Sequence record: MH560358
DNA: 64,000 bases
DNA from: Escherichia virus KFS-EC
Reading direction: 5' to 3' (one strand)
Positions 27,496 to 38,040 of the stretch are shown in pieces. The notes under the pieces were generated by a model that saw only the letters and a list, made by a program, of their open reading frames with translations, did not search any database and was not told the DNA's origin. The position numbers and the translations under genes are program-made. Numbering within the stretch: position 1 is the stretch's first letter; each line of letters opens with the position of its first letter.

Positions 27496-27577
27496 AATAT
27501 AAACTCCTTCACTTACGAAAGACACTCATTATAGGGGAATCGACCTAGTTTGTCAATACCCCTATCCCATCAGTATC

Positions 27578-27940
27578 TTATCGCCCGATTTGATATTTCT
27601 CTATCAGTGTCCATTCTTCTTTCTGTTTGAAAGACAGTACACGGAAATTATTAACTTCGGTCGTTTCAAAATCACTATCAATCAGGGTACACAGATTCCA
27701 CTGCGCCAGAAGTTTTGCAATGTTATTGCGGCGTAATTCATCTTCCCACGTCATTTTAACACTACGACCATCTAATTTCAACAACTCCTTGAAATGAACG
27801 ATGTAATAGCGCCCCTTCTTCTGGAGAATATGACAAGACTGATACAGTGTCTTGTCTCGATTGTTGGCAATGCCGCAGCGGGTTAAAGTCTCCTTAATTT
27901 TAAGGAAGTTTTCAGGACTAATCAAATTAATTTCAATCAT
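27578..27940 (-). CDS. regA: RegA translational repressor
   Basis: very high identity to T4 RegA as recalled (MIEI.L..PE.FLK.KETLTR.GIANN.DK.LYQSCHILQKKG.YYIVHFKE). Confidence 0.92.
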   Translation of the reverse strand: MIEINLISPENFLKIKETLTRCGIANNRDKTLYQSCHILQKKGRYYIVHFKELLKLDGRSVKMTWEDELRRNNIAKLLAQWNLCTLIDSDFETTEVNNFRVLSFKQKEEWTLIEKYQIGR

Positions 27941-27941
27941 T

Positions 27942-28520
27942 TTACCACCTTTCTATAATCTTTTTAAGTCGTTTCCTTTCTGTCTGATTCTTAGTAACAC
28001 CCGCCAAAAGTTCATCGGTCGCATACGGTTTAATGTGCTTCAATAACTTGTCCATATATCCCTTTTCATTAGCCAAATCGAGATAAAACCGGGCGTCATC
28101 CATATTTACACAATATGCTTTCGCCACTGCCATTAAAACCAATTTTTGGTCCAATTCTTCTGTTAGTTTAGCCCATTTACCGTATCGTTTCCCCTTAGAA
28201 ATACTCTGTAAGAGATAATCAAAATGCATTTGATCTGGGAGGCCATGACCGATTAAATTCATCACATACGCGCTATATAGGCAATCTGCGTGCTGGGAAA
28301 GAGCGGTGTTAATCCATCTCTGGTTATATGCAGAATTGTTTCCCACATTAACGCGCTGTTTATCTAAGGTGATATGATCCATCAGAGCAAATAATGCATT
28401 GTCGGTTTTCTCGGTGAATGTGTCAGCTAATTCAGACACCTTTTCCCAATCACGAGAGCGCCATGCAATTTCATGCTCGTTTAATTGTGTATCATCTTCA
28501 CCGAAAAATTGACCTAACAT
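27942..28520 (-). CDS. 62: clamp-loader small subunit gp62
   Basis: position between regA and 44; TAATG coupling with 44 stop; 192 aa. Confidence 0.8.
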   Translation of the reverse strand: MLGQFFGEDDTQLNEHEIAWRSRDWEKVSELADTFTEKTDNALFALMDHITLDKQRVNVGNNSAYNQRWINTALSQHADCLYSAYVMNLIGHGLPDQMHFDYLLQSISKGKRYGKWAKLTEELDQKLVLMAVAKAYCVNMDDARFYLDLANEKGYMDKLLKHIKPYATDELLAGVTKNQTERKRLKKIIERW

Positions 28521-29494
28521 TATACGAACTCCAATTCAACCATTAATTGCATTAACAAAAAGACAATGTGAATCTCTTTATCAGCCGCGTGCGCAAACAT
28601 CTGATTATTTTCACCGATAATCTCAGTGAGACGAATAATAGAAGCTGGCTTAACTTGAGTATACAACTCAGTATAAAGTTTCTTGACAAATTGAGCGTAT
28701 GTATTGGTATATCGCGGTGCAAGTTTACGCACATTAGCAAACTGTTTAGTTTTAAGTGCTTCCACCACATCGGTTACTTCGGTATTGCTACTTTCGATAA
28801 CCATGCTCAATACGCCAGCATCAATTTTACCGTGTTTAGCGTAGCGGTCCAAAAGTTTCATTACGCGTCGGAAGTCTGGGAAGTTCTGCTTAACCAGTTC
28901 CGCTAATACGCGCATTTCTTCGACTGGCACACCTTCTTTATCAAGAATTGCTTTACACCGGACGATCATTTCTTTCATCATGCGAAGCTGATCATCTTTA
29001 GTCGGAGATCCAAACGTGATGGGGTCAAATCGAGATCGTAACGCTGGGATAATACCTTCTAGATCGTTTGCTGTGATAATGAATGTCACGTTGTTTGAGT
29101 ATGCCTCAGAGAAACTACGCAAGTGTCTTTGAGCGTCAGCCAACCCAGCTCGGTCATACTCATCGATAATAACAACTTTGCCTTTTTCTCTTTTTTCTTC
29201 ATCGAGTGATACACTCTGCGCAAAGCGTGTAATCTCATCGCGGATAAAATCAATCTTACAATCTGCGCCGTTAACAAACAGATAATCAACACCCACATCT
29301 TCGCAAAGCGCCTTAGCAACGGTTGTTTTACCAGTACCTGGCGATGGGCTATGCAGGATCATAGAAGGGATTCGGCCTTGCTTAACAATCTGCGCGAAGA
29401 TCTTTTTATCTGCTTCCGGCAGAATACATTCAGAAATTGATTTCGGACGGTATTTCTGTTCCCACTGAAACTCATTTTCATTAACACTCAGCAT
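28520..29494 (-). CDS. 44: clamp-loader ATPase gp44 (AAA+)
   Basis: matches T4 gp44 as recalled (EQKYRP, HSPSPGTGKTTVAKALC, IIDE.DR); start at internal ATG with GAGGTG SD. Confidence 0.9.
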   Translation of the reverse strand: MLSVNENEFQWEQKYRPKSISECILPEADKKIFAQIVKQGRIPSMILHSPSPGTGKTTVAKALCEDVGVDYLFVNGADCKIDFIRDEITRFAQSVSLDEEKREKGKVVIIDEYDRAGLADAQRHLRSFSEAYSNNVTFIITANDLEGIIPALRSRFDPITFGSPTKDDQLRMMKEMIVRCKAILDKEGVPVEEMRVLAELVKQNFPDFRRVMKLLDRYAKHGKIDAGVLSMVIESSNTEVTDVVEALKTKQFANVRKLAPRYTNTYAQFVKKLYTELYTQVKPASIIRLTEIIGENNQMFAHAADKEIHIVFLLMQLMVELEFV

Positions 29495-29559
29495 ATAATC
29501 ACCTCTCACAAATTACATCATTAAAACGGGGAGTATTTACACTCCCCACAAACATTATA

Positions 29560-30246
29560 TTAGTCGGTGTAGCTGGAGTCAAGGTCACACGCGATCATAT
29601 AAGATACGGTTTCACTTGCCAGCCATACAGCCTTACGGCGAGTGAAGCTCAGTTTGTAATCGCCGAAGTCAGTAGCAACCAGTTTCATGTTATCTTTACG
29701 AATAAAGAAATGGAAGTCGGCGGTTCCGGCATATTCGCCCATGTCAAGACAAAACATCTCATTAGGATTATTTTTGTCAATCTCTTCCCAACCTTTGATC
29801 ATCAGACGACCATCAATCGGTAGAAATTCAAGGCGATCCACTTTAAGCTGATTGCTCATTTTCATAAGCTGTTTCAGATCGTCGTTGCTCAGTTCGTAAT
29901 CTACATCGCTTGCAGGTGGAGTAACTCGGCCTTTCGGTGATACGATAGCAGCAGAACTAGCACCAGGATAATTAATTTTCAGACGATCATTAGACACACG
30001 AATGTTTCCGGTGCGGTTATCAACCGTAATATCTGCTTCATCGCCCACCAGATTCAGAATGCCCAGGAAAGAGTTAAGATCATAGATCCCGATTTCGTGT
30101 TCCAGTTCTTGATTCAGAGTCGCTTCACCATATACAACGTTTGTCATGTTTTTGGTGATTAGGACGTTTCCTTTTTTCAGGATGATACCTGGGTTAATAG
30201 CGGAAAAGTTTTTCAGGGTAGCAATGGTTTCTTTAGTCAGTTTCAT
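29560..30246 (-). CDS. 45: sliding clamp gp45
   Basis: 228 aa; matches T4 gp45 as recalled (MKL.K.T.A.LKNF..IN.GI.LK.G); track start TTG, ATG one codon in. Confidence 0.88.
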   Translation of the reverse strand: MKLTKETIATLKNFSAINPGIILKKGNVLITKNMTNVVYGEATLNQELEHEIGIYDLNSFLGILNLVGDEADITVDNRTGNIRVSNDRLKINYPGASSAAIVSPKGRVTPPASDVDYELSNDDLKQLMKMSNQLKVDRLEFLPIDGRLMIKGWEEIDKNNPNEMFCLDMGEYAGTADFHFFIRKDNMKLVATDFGDYKLSFTRRKAVWLASETVSYMIACDLDSSYTD

Positions 30247-30276
30247 CAAATCACCTTTATCATGTTAATCAATTAA

Positions 30277-30654
30277 TTACGGGTTTACTTCGTGCTCATT
30301 TTGAATCTTTAGCATTCTTTCGATAAATTTTTTCTCGGCTTCCTTATCGGATGAGTGAGTATACTTCAATCCAATGTAAGCTGTCAAGTATTGTTGCAGA
30401 GCATAGACAGTAACAGGATTCTTTGCGGTCTTTTTTCCGTCGAGATATACCAGATCACCACGAACATCAAACGCAAGTTTACGACGAATCACATTATCAA
30501 CAAATTTATCTAGGACAAAATACCACTCAATACACTCTATCCCGTGACGGTAGTTCATTACATCATTATCTTTGATATAGTCAAACGGAATATGACATAA
30601 TTTACTATTTTGTAGGATGAATAGCATTTGTTCTTTTAAGCTCATACGTTTCAT
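30277..30654 (-). CDS. hypothetical protein (125 aa), rpbA position
   Basis: position-based; internal ATG with GGGAAGTGA SD. Confidence 0.45.
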   Translation of the reverse strand: MKRMSLKEQMLFILQNSKLCHIPFDYIKDNDVMNYRHGIECIEWYFVLDKFVDNVIRRKLAFDVRGDLVYLDGKKTAKNPVTVYALQQYLTAYIGLKYTHSSDKEAEKKFIERMLKIQNEHEVNP

Positions 30655-30658
30655 TCTA

Positions 30659-31036
30659 TCACTTCCCATCAGCAATTGCGATCAGACGAGTTACTACTAC
30701 GCTAGCGGCTTCAATCAGCAGTTCATCAGTGTCAATCTGATAACCCTTTTCGAGAATATCTTTACCTCGAATAGTTTTAGCGCCTTTAGCAATTGAATCA
30801 TCGTAATACTTGCGCATTGCCGCGATCCATTCTTTTTGCACCATATCATCAATATGCGCGTACAGTTCAAAGCGTGCTTGCTGTGGGATAACCTTCATTT
30901 TAGCTTTCTCGCTTTCCGGCATTTGTAGTACCCACGCTTTACGGATCTTGTTCATTGCTCGGTCAAATTCGAGACTGGTTTTCTTGTTCTGAATGTCTGC
31001 TACAGTAATTTTAGCCAGGTTTGCGGAAGTAGTCAT
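30659..31036 (-). CDS. hypothetical protein (125 aa)
   Basis: internal ATG with GGAGA SD. Confidence 0.45.
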   Translation of the reverse strand: MTTSANLAKITVADIQNKKTSLEFDRAMNKIRKAWVLQMPESEKAKMKVIPQQARFELYAHIDDMVQKEWIAAMRKYYDDSIAKGAKTIRGKDILEKGYQIDTDELLIEAASVVVTRLIAIADGK

Positions 31037-31066
31037 AATATTAATCTCCAAAATAAAATCAGTATA

Positions 31067-31297
31067 TCACGTTCTAAAGTTTGTTGCAACCCCAGCATCA
31101 GGGTAATCAAGTTTATCAAAGTTGGGGACCAGCATAAACTCATGATGACGACAAGACAACATTTTTGTTATGTCTTCATCGCTGTATATGCTGTTTTTCA
31201 TATCCCCCATACTAACTACATATTCTTCACCGGAATATAGATTGATTAATGTATACAATTCTAACTCCGGCTGCGTTACTCTGTCAAATGTTAACAT
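31067..31297 (-). CDS. hypothetical small protein (76 aa)
   Basis: ATG overlapping last 14 nt of gene 46; no clear SD. Confidence 0.3.
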   Translation of the reverse strand: MLTFDRVTQPELELYTLINLYSGEEYVVSMGDMKNSIYSDEDITKMLSCRHHEFMLVPNFDKLDYPDAGVATNFRT

Positions 31298-32966
31298 TCA
31301 TTTCAGTGAATCGCCCACGTTTAACCATCTTGAGATGACGGCTAAAATCATCAGGGTTATGGTCACGATGGCTGATAATATACACGTTATCATCTAACTT
31401 GTCAATGATGGAATCAAGTGCTTTTACGCCCTGAACGTCCGTAGCCCCATCATAAATTTCGTCGAGTACCAACAAAGAAATATTAGTACCAGATACTTTA
31501 CCAGCAACATCACGCCATGTAAAGAGCATCGCAAGGTCAATACGTGCCTTTTCGCCTTGACTGAACGATGTATACGAAAACGATTCACGCCCCCGTGATT
31601 TGATTGTTTCGTTAAACTCTTCATCTAGCGTAAAGATATAATCCGCTTCCATGATATCAAGATAATACGCAATCCGATCATTGAAATATGGAATATATTT
31701 CTTGACGATAGACGCCTTAACACCGGAATCCTTCAACATTTCTGTTACAAATCCACGGTGATATTTTTCAAGAACTAGCTTTGATTTTTCATTAGTGATC
31801 TCTACCAGTTCGTGTTCCAGTTTAGCAAGTTCTTCGGAATTGTCAACCCTTTCTTTTTGTAATTCCTGAATTGCTTTCTGGATCTGTTTAGCCCGACCGA
31901 CAGATGCCGTTAAATTCGCTCTCTGTGACTCTATAGCGCGTTTAATTTCCAAGACCTTAGTTTGTGCTGTCTGGAAAGAATTTGCTTTCTCTGCGTATTC
32001 TACGCGTTTCTCGTCAATAAGAGACAGTTTATGTTCCGCTTGTGCTTTTTGTTCGCGTACAGCCTGATCATTACCCTGAATGATCGGTTGTGTGCACGTA
32101 GGACAGATCCCGCCTTTCTCGTGCATATGGATAACACGGTCAAAGTTCTGGATCTGCGCACCAATCTGTGCGATAGCAGTATTAATTTTAGCCAATGCCG
32201 CGCTAGGATCTTCCGGCATAACAACAGCCAATAGCTCATCTGTCAAGCGTGTTTCTTCGGCTTTAAATGCTTTAGCCGATTCTACCTCTTTATCATACAT
32301 ATTCTGTAAACGCTGTAGATTCTCGGCACTCGCCTTGCTAGCGTCTTCGATGTACTTTTTATGAGTATTGATTTGTTGCTGAACGTGATTAGCTTTCATT
32401 TCCTGCATTTGGATATTCTGGGTAATCTCGCGCACATACGCTTTATTCAGTTTATCCATTTCGCCTAGAGTAGCAATATCAAGCAAATCCTCGACCAGTT
32501 TACGGCGACCCGCTGCCGGAAGACTCATAAACGGAACATAACCAGCAGTGCCTAAAACAACGATCTGTTTAAAGCTGGCTAGGTTCATTCCTATGATACC
32601 TTCAAAATATTCCTGAAAGTCTTTGGTGCTTGCGCTCTCGTCGATCTTTTGACCGTCGCGATGCACTTCGAATACTTCCGGTTTTTGACCACGTTTGATA
32701 TAAAACTCTTTCCCGTCCAGATCAAACCAGACTTCGACTAACAGTTTCTTTTTGTTGACGCTGTTAATCAATTGGCCTTTCTTGATACTACGAAACGGTT
32801 TACCGAACAACACAAAGCAAAGCGCCTCGATCATTGTTGATTTACCAGCACCGTTAACACCAGTGATTAGTGTCTTTTTGAATCCGTCTAGCTGAATCTC
32901 AACAGGTTCAGCACCCACGCTCATTATATTTTGATAGCGCAAGGTTTTAAAATTTAACTTTGCCAT
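31284..32966 (-). CDS. 46: recombination endonuclease subunit gp46 (Rad50/SbcC-like)
   Basis: collinear with T4 gp46 as recalled (LITG.NG.GKST, IVVLGTAGY.PFM, YVFTLDEEFNETIKSRGRE.FSY.SFS.GEKARID, LDE); start at ATG with GGAG SD. Confidence 0.92.
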   Translation of the reverse strand: MAKLNFKTLRYQNIMSVGAEPVEIQLDGFKKTLITGVNGAGKSTMIEALCFVLFGKPFRSIKKGQLINSVNKKKLLVEVWFDLDGKEFYIKRGQKPEVFEVHRDGQKIDESASTKDFQEYFEGIIGMNLASFKQIVVLGTAGYVPFMSLPAAGRRKLVEDLLDIATLGEMDKLNKAYVREITQNIQMQEMKANHVQQQINTHKKYIEDASKASAENLQRLQNMYDKEVESAKAFKAEETRLTDELLAVVMPEDPSAALAKINTAIAQIGAQIQNFDRVIHMHEKGGICPTCTQPIIQGNDQAVREQKAQAEHKLSLIDEKRVEYAEKANSFQTAQTKVLEIKRAIESQRANLTASVGRAKQIQKAIQELQKERVDNSEELAKLEHELVEITNEKSKLVLEKYHRGFVTEMLKDSGVKASIVKKYIPYFNDRIAYYLDIMEADYIFTLDEEFNETIKSRGRESFSYTSFSQGEKARIDLAMLFTWRDVAGKVSGTNISLLVLDEIYDGATDVQGVKALDSIIDKLDDNVYIISHRDHNPDDFSRHLKMVKRGRFTEMNVNI

Positions 32967-33210
32967 TAATCCACTCCGCAATCACACATTCCATAATATT
33001 AAATGCTAACACATCTTCATCAATGTTGTAAACACTTGCTGCCTTCACTTTAACTAATGTGTCTCTGCGATCTGGCAGCATGATCACATAATCCAGTGTC
33101 GCAGGATCATATGTCATAAAGGGATCAACATAAATCCCTTTATTCAATGCCAGATATTCGCGAAGACCTTCTATAACCCTGTGTCTAAGGTAGGTCATCG
33201 ATAGAATCAT
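32947..33210 (-). CDS. hypothetical protein (87 aa), 46.1 position
   Basis: ATGA coupling to upstream ORF. Confidence 0.45.
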   Translation of the reverse strand: MILSMTYLRHRVIEGLREYLALNKGIYVDPFMTYDPATLDYVIMLPDRRDTLVKVKAASVYNIDEDVLAFNIMECVIAEWINGKVKF

Positions 33211-33779
33211 TTTAGTTTATGTTCCTCTAAAAATTCTTCAATTTCACCTTGCAGGTCTTCCGCTTGTTGTTCCAGAATATCGCGAAATTCACCTACAGTC
33301 AAGCGATAATCACACTTCACCAGTCGATGTGGGAGAATATACCCTTTATACATTGTCTCTGACGCTTCCAGGAATACCCCACTATGCATGACAGAGATCC
33401 AACCTGTTAACGTCAATGGAGTATTCGGAAAATAATACTTGCTGGATTGTTTCCACTGTACGAAAGCACCATATACAATCGGATTATATTCACCAACCAC
33501 ACTCTTAATAATGGATTCTACTTTGTCTTTTACAAAGTCGCCAATGCCCATAGTCACCATCAATTCTTGTGGGTGAATCACTTTAAGGTAACGACGGTAG
33601 CCGTCATCATACCACAGCTTAACCACTGGCTGACCCCACATTTTAGCAATACGCGCTTTCAGATAACCATAGATCGGATTCTTGTAATATGATTGTTTTA
33701 GTGTGTACGCGTGCACCAATTCAATAAAATATTCCATTGCTATCGAATCAGGATCAGCCGCGACCATAGTCGTATTCAT
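33207..33779 (-). CDS. hypothetical protein (190 aa)
   Basis: internal ATG with GAGGAA SD. Confidence 0.5.
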   Translation of the reverse strand: MNTTMVAADPDSIAMEYFIELVHAYTLKQSYYKNPIYGYLKARIAKMWGQPVVKLWYDDGYRRYLKVIHPQELMVTMGIGDFVKDKVESIIKSVVGEYNPIVYGAFVQWKQSSKYYFPNTPLTLTGWISVMHSGVFLEASETMYKGYILPHRLVKCDYRLTVGEFRDILEQQAEDLQGEIEEFLEEHKLK

Positions 33780-34071
33780 AATATGTTCCTCGTTCAATTT
33801 CATATTGTTTCAGGTCTTCTAAAAGTTCATCCACTGCTTGTTTCAGCACATGACGCAGCGTAAAGTAATAGCTTTCATCAAATTCTATTTCCTCGCGAGG
33901 AATAGAGCGAAACTTGCACTTAACGGTAGTATCAGTGAGTCGCTTTTCGACCATCATCCGAACTTCTTCATGCTCTTTGGAATACCATACATCAACGGAG
34001 ATCCCCTTGCGTCGAGCAAACATAGGCAATGCCGCATTAAATTCCATTACCTTTTGTGCAAGTGTTTTCAT
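33754..34071 (-). CDS. hypothetical protein (105 aa)
   Basis: ATGA coupling with upstream ORF. Confidence 0.5.
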   Translation of the reverse strand: MKTLAQKVMEFNAALPMFARRKGISVDVWYSKEHEEVRMMVEKRLTDTTVKCKFRSIPREEIEFDESYYFTLRHVLKQAVDELLEDLKQYEIERGTYYEYDYGRG

Positions 34072-34319
34072 CGTACAGACTCCATAGACCCACGAGCAAT
34101 AACATTCTGGGTAATATCAGCAACCTTACGGGATACGATGTTTGTTAGCCCCTCTTTGGTGATATTTTCACGATCAAATGGGATTTCGTCATGAGTCCAC
34201 AAACCATAGTTAGACCGAAATGATAGCATATACTGACCATCTCGCACAACCTCAAATACATGAATCTTAGTGAATTTCGATAAACCTTCGTTGATTTCTT
34301 TCAGTGCATTAGTAATCAT
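34068..34319 (-). CDS. hypothetical protein (83 aa)
   Basis: internal ATG with GGAGG SD; early promoter with palindromic spacer upstream (-35 near 34369-34374). Confidence 0.5.
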   Translation of the reverse strand: MITNALKEINEGLSKFTKIHVFEVVRDGQYMLSFRSNYGLWTHDEIPFDRENITKEGLTNIVSRKVADITQNVIARGSMESVR

Positions 34320-34373
34320 AACAACCTCCAATCAATTTTTAGAGAGTATAACGGGGATTTCTCCCCGCGTCAA

Positions 34374-35399
34374 CTAACTTTTTGCGTTATTTACTTCGGC
34401 TAAAAGTTCATCAGAAATACGCTTGACCGCCGCAAGTTCTTCCGGTTCTAGGTTTTGTTCTTCCAGATATTCATAGACCATCTGAATAGTGCTTTTAACT
34501 TCAATAACACCTGTTTCCTGTGATGCGCTACTCTCCAGTTTATGGACCACTTTTAGCTTGTGTACAACGGCCTCTAACGCGCTTTCTAACTTAGTTAATC
34601 CATTATCAGCGACCGTTGCGATAAGACGCACACTAAGCCCTTTAAATCGTTCTACATCGATTTTATCGTCTGACGGGTAAGTGATACGCACATGATAAGT
34701 TTTGTCATTCTGGATAAACTCTTTTTTGTGTGTATCGGTATCGAATACCCAAAAACCACGCGGATCGTTTTCGTCACCCGCCGTTAGTGTGTATGGTGTA
34801 CCAATATACGTTACGTTACCGCCATCACTAATAGTATGAAAATGACCAGAAAACACTTCACGGTATTTCTTGAGGAAGTCCGCGCTATAACCTTCGGATT
34901 TTAGCCCTTTATAGAAATAGTAACCGGACAATTCCCAATGGCCTACACAATATTCGCTGAATGAGTTTTGAATAAACTCTAAAATCTCTGATTTATTGTC
35001 ATCACAAAACCACGGGAACAGATCAAATGATACACCATCAAAGGTAACTGTTTCAGGTTTATCAATGACCTTAATGCAATCATACTGGCTTAACACTTCA
35101 CGCGGTGCGTTAGGCTGGATCTTGTTTCGTTTAAACATATCATGATTCCCGACCGTGGTATAACAAGTAATACCAGCCTCTTCCAGTAACGGGATGACCT
35201 TAGTACGGTTAAATTTCATGGTTTCATGGGTAATTGCTTTTCGGCAATCAAACCAATCCCCTGTTTGAATCCATGTCTTAATATTATGCTCTTTGGAGTA
35301 TTCAACCGCTTTCTTGATGGTATCAAGAATATACTCATGCACCCACGGATCATCGCCACCGATACCAGTATGCAGATCACCTAAAAGCAAAATTTTCAT
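34374..35399 (-). CDS. 47: recombination nuclease subunit gp47 (Mre11-like)
   Basis: collinear with T4 gp47 as recalled (GD.H.G, TWIQ.GD.FD.RKAITH.TM.F, GNHD, GHWEL.G.YFYKG.KS.G, GHFHT). Confidence 0.92.
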   Translation of the reverse strand: MKILLLGDLHTGIGGDDPWVHEYILDTIKKAVEYSKEHNIKTWIQTGDWFDCRKAITHETMKFNRTKVIPLLEEAGITCYTTVGNHDMFKRNKIQPNAPREVLSQYDCIKVIDKPETVTFDGVSFDLFPWFCDDNKSEILEFIQNSFSEYCVGHWELSGYYFYKGLKSEGYSADFLKKYREVFSGHFHTISDGGNVTYIGTPYTLTAGDENDPRGFWVFDTDTHKKEFIQNDKTYHVRITYPSDDKIDVERFKGLSVRLIATVADNGLTKLESALEAVVHKLKVVHKLESSASQETGVIEVKSTIQMVYEYLEEQNLEPEELAAVKRISDELLAEVNNAKS

Positions 35400-35489
35400 A
35401 GTCTCTTCCTCTCTTCGTTTTCGATGCTCTCACTATATCACAGAAAAATAAAAAGGGAAACCCTTTTCAGAGTCTCCCTTATAAAGCCA

Positions 35490-35777
35490 TTACAGCATAC
35501 TTAATACCGTTTGCCGTGTACTAATCCACATAGCAGAAAGCAGTTCTGGCGTGTGTGGCTGTTTGTAGATATCACGTAATTTTCCGATAGCGTAGATATA
35601 CGCATCACGGTTATCATCGATGATAGCTTGTTCAGCCCACCGCTTAAGGCGTGCAATCTCTCGCGAGTTCTTACGCAAGATCTTTTCCGCTTTCTTAGCG
35701 GCTTTAGCCTCTAGTTCTGCTTGTACTTTGTCTACTTCATTCACCGCAATCTGGTCATGCTGTTCATCGTAAGTCAT
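35490..35777 (-). CDS. hypothetical protein (95 aa)
   Basis: ATG with AAGGA SD. Confidence 0.5.
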   Translation of the reverse strand: MTYDEQHDQIAVNEVDKVQAELEAKAAKKAEKILRKNSREIARLKRWAEQAIIDDNRDAYIYAIGKLRDIYKQPHTPELLSAMWISTRQTVLSML

Positions 35778-36013
35778 GTTATTTTTCCTTCTGGGATATA
35801 GTCGATGATTAAAGAAAATTCATCTTCTGATACATTATAGCTATGTGAGATTGTACCCGTCAAGACCTCAAGATCCGGTGATTTGATATTGCACGGATCG
35901 ATAATCACCGGAACGCCGCAATCTCTCAAAAATAATTTGGCGAAATACGGCACGAGGTCAGTTTCAAACTCTGCTTCTTCCAGCAAACGGGAAATGTTAA
36001 TTTTCAATCTCAT
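35774..36013 (-). CDS. hypothetical protein (79 aa)
   Basis: overlaps 3' end of gene 55; weak SD. Confidence 0.4.
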   Translation of the reverse strand: MRLKINISRLLEEAEFETDLVPYFAKLFLRDCGVPVIIDPCNIKSPDLEVLTGTISHSYNVSEDEFSLIIDYIPEGKIT

Positions 36014-36530
36014 AAAATTGGTCCAGGCTAGGCAATTCCTCGGTCAATACATCTTCAACCTTTGGCGCTTTCGGTTTATTGACCGATTCCTCGTAGTTGT
36101 TGATTTTATCGTAAATGTCCTGTATGAATGCCTCATCAGCAATCTGGCACATATCAGCGTCGCGTTCGTCATATACATGATGCACAAAATATTTGTATTT
36201 TGCGGCTGTCGCTGTTCTCTCTTTTTTAATGCGCTGTACAAAAGCATTAAAGCACGCTTGCGTGATGTAAGCATGAGGATTTTTATACTTTGTCTCGTCA
36301 AAATTAATCAAACCCTTGACCGCCGCTTCGATTCCGTCGTCGATCATTTCTTCGCGCCATGTTTGACTATAACCAGAAAAGTTAAAACGACGTGATAGAT
36401 TTTTAGAGATTTGCATAATTGCTAGGCCGATTTGATCGCTCATTGGAACTTGCCGACCTTCTGCTGCAATTTGTTGTTTCCAACGGCAAATTTCTTCGTA
36501 AAGCTCTTTATTGTTTACATAATCAGACAC
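35997..36530 (-). CDS. 55: late-transcription sigma factor gp55
   Basis: matches T4 gp55 as recalled (YVNNKEL, GLAIM.I...[52 protein letters not shown]); GTG start with GAGGG SD. Confidence 0.9.
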   Translation of the reverse strand: MSDYVNNKELYEEICRWKQQIAAEGRQVPMSDQIGLAIMQISKNLSRRFNFSGYSQTWREEMIDDGIEAAVKGLINFDETKYKNPHAYITQACFNAFVQRIKKERTATAAKYKYFVHHVYDERDADMCQIADEAFIQDIYDKINNYEESVNKPKAPKVEDVLTEELPSLDQFYEIEN

Positions 36531-36570
36531 TTCGCACCCTCGCTATTATTTAGGAAATAACCCTTTCGGG

Positions 36571-38040
36571 CTATTCCCCATTGCCATTATACTTTCTTTG
36601 CTTAGTTATCCACACTCTAACCATCTCTACTGATTCACCGTCAGACGGATCAAGAGTTTTTCCCTTTTTCTTCATGCGGTACTTAAATCCGTTAAATCTT
36701 GCATTCTCTTGCTCGTTAAAATCGAACATCTTTTTAAATGATTTTCGCCCTTTACGCTCACCACATTCTAGCGGAATCATTCGGTCTGTTATTACATTGG
36801 CATTAGGTAGAAACGTTTTTAGATAATCTACCAACGCCCAATCAGGAACATATAGATTAACATTCTCCTTGCTCTCGTTGTCTCTCAGGTTACAACGCAA
36901 ACATAATTGAAATGCTGGTTCCAGATAATCAGACACATGACGCGCTTTCAAAAACTCATTTGTCGGGAGATCACAACTATTAGCAAGACCTTTTAAAATA
37001 TCAATCTCCCATCGTTGAGGGTTAAAGCTGAACATCACAGCAACATTTTTATGATGAATGTAAGAGTTAAGACCATAAGACCCGTAAGGTATCCGCTCGC
37101 CAATACCATTTGTGCACGCTTCACGGTCCCGATTCACGGTATAAATGAAGTCATCACCACATTCATTTTTAACCATATCAACAAGACGTTCAAAGGTATT
37201 GTTTGTTTCTGACTGGTGACGCGACCATCGTTCGGAGTCCGTCATAAGGATGATGTTAACTCTATCTGTATTTTTATACTCTTTGAAATATAGTCTGGAT
37301 TCTAGCGCACTCGGAACAAAATCGCAATTTGCATAGTATCGTAGATACTTCCCGCTATATGTATCAAAGAGATTTGCACATGCTATCGTAACCTTTTTAA
37401 AGTCTCCCCACGTACCGTGTTTGTTATCGTTCAAGAAAACAATTTTCGACCCATTCTTCCGGTGTCCTTCGTTATGTTTTACCATAACGTTGATTTTCTT
37501 CTCTAATAACGCCTCATAAAGCCCTCTAAGAGAAGAATCGATCATATCAGTACCATCCTTTGCACTTTCTATCTTTTCTTTGATAGCGGCCTTCTCAGAG
37601 TCTTTTAGAACTAAGTTCTGTAGGCATTCCGATTCGTCGGCGATTGGTTCGCAATGCTTCGTGATAAGTTCAAGATTAGACTTAAACGGATACTCATTAA
37701 ATTCAACCAGTTGAGGAACTTCATCAATGTAAAGAGCATATTCACCAAACATTTTTGAACGTTCCATATTAGATAACGCTGTATGTGTAATGAATATCAC
37801 ATCAGCACCGTCTTTAACTGATTGCATTATCGACGCTTGCACTGTCTTAAGGCTTCTTAGTCTGGTGCTATCAATCAAGACAGCACGACCGCCCATTCTT
37901 TTAAACTTATTGTAAGATTGTTCACTTAAAACACGAGATGGCGAAGCAATAACCGCTTTTTCTTTTGTCTCTAGGACGTGGGAAAGTATAGCATCAGTTT
38001 TCCCCGCCGCTGGCAATGCGATTAATGTTTCAATCTTCAT
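36571..38040 (-). CDS. uncharacterised P-loop NTPase (489 aa), helicase-like Walker A/B
   Basis: Walker A ALPAAGKTD near N-terminus and Walker B LYIDEV about 95 aa later; no match to a T4 protein I can recall; occupies the alpha-gt locus between 55 and nrdH. Confidence 0.6.
   Translation of the reverse strand: MKIETLIALPAAGKTDAILSHVLETKEKAVIASPSRVLSEQSYNKFKRMGGRAVLIDSTRLRSLKTVQASIMQSVKDGADVIFITHTALSNMERSKMFGEYALYIDEVPQLVEFNEYPFKSNLELITKHCEPIADESECLQNLVLKDSEKAAIKEKIESAKDGTDMIDSSLRGLYEALLEKKINVMVKHNEGHRKNGSKIVFLNDNKHGTWGDFKKVTIACANLFDTYSGKYLRYYANCDFVPSALESRLYFKEYKNTDRVNIILMTDSERWSRHQSETNNTFERLVDMVKNECGDDFIYTVNRDREACTNGIGERIPYGSYGLNSYIHHKNVAVMFSFNPQRWEIDILKGLANSCDLPTNEFLKARHVSDYLEPAFQLCLRCNLRDNESKENVNLYVPDWALVDYLKTFLPNANVITDRMIPLECGERKGRKSFKKMFDFNEQENARFNGFKYRMKKKGKTLDPSDGESVEMVRVWITKQRKYNGNGE

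Noticed and set aside
27496-27525. N-terminal extensions of track ORFs (for example 10 extra residues on gp43; also gp52, gp44, gp46, gp49, nrdC, dam, gp56, dexA)
   Set aside because: The track opens ORFs at the first ATG/GTG/TTG after a stop; homolog N-termini and properly spaced Shine-Dalgarno sites support the internal starts used in the feature table.
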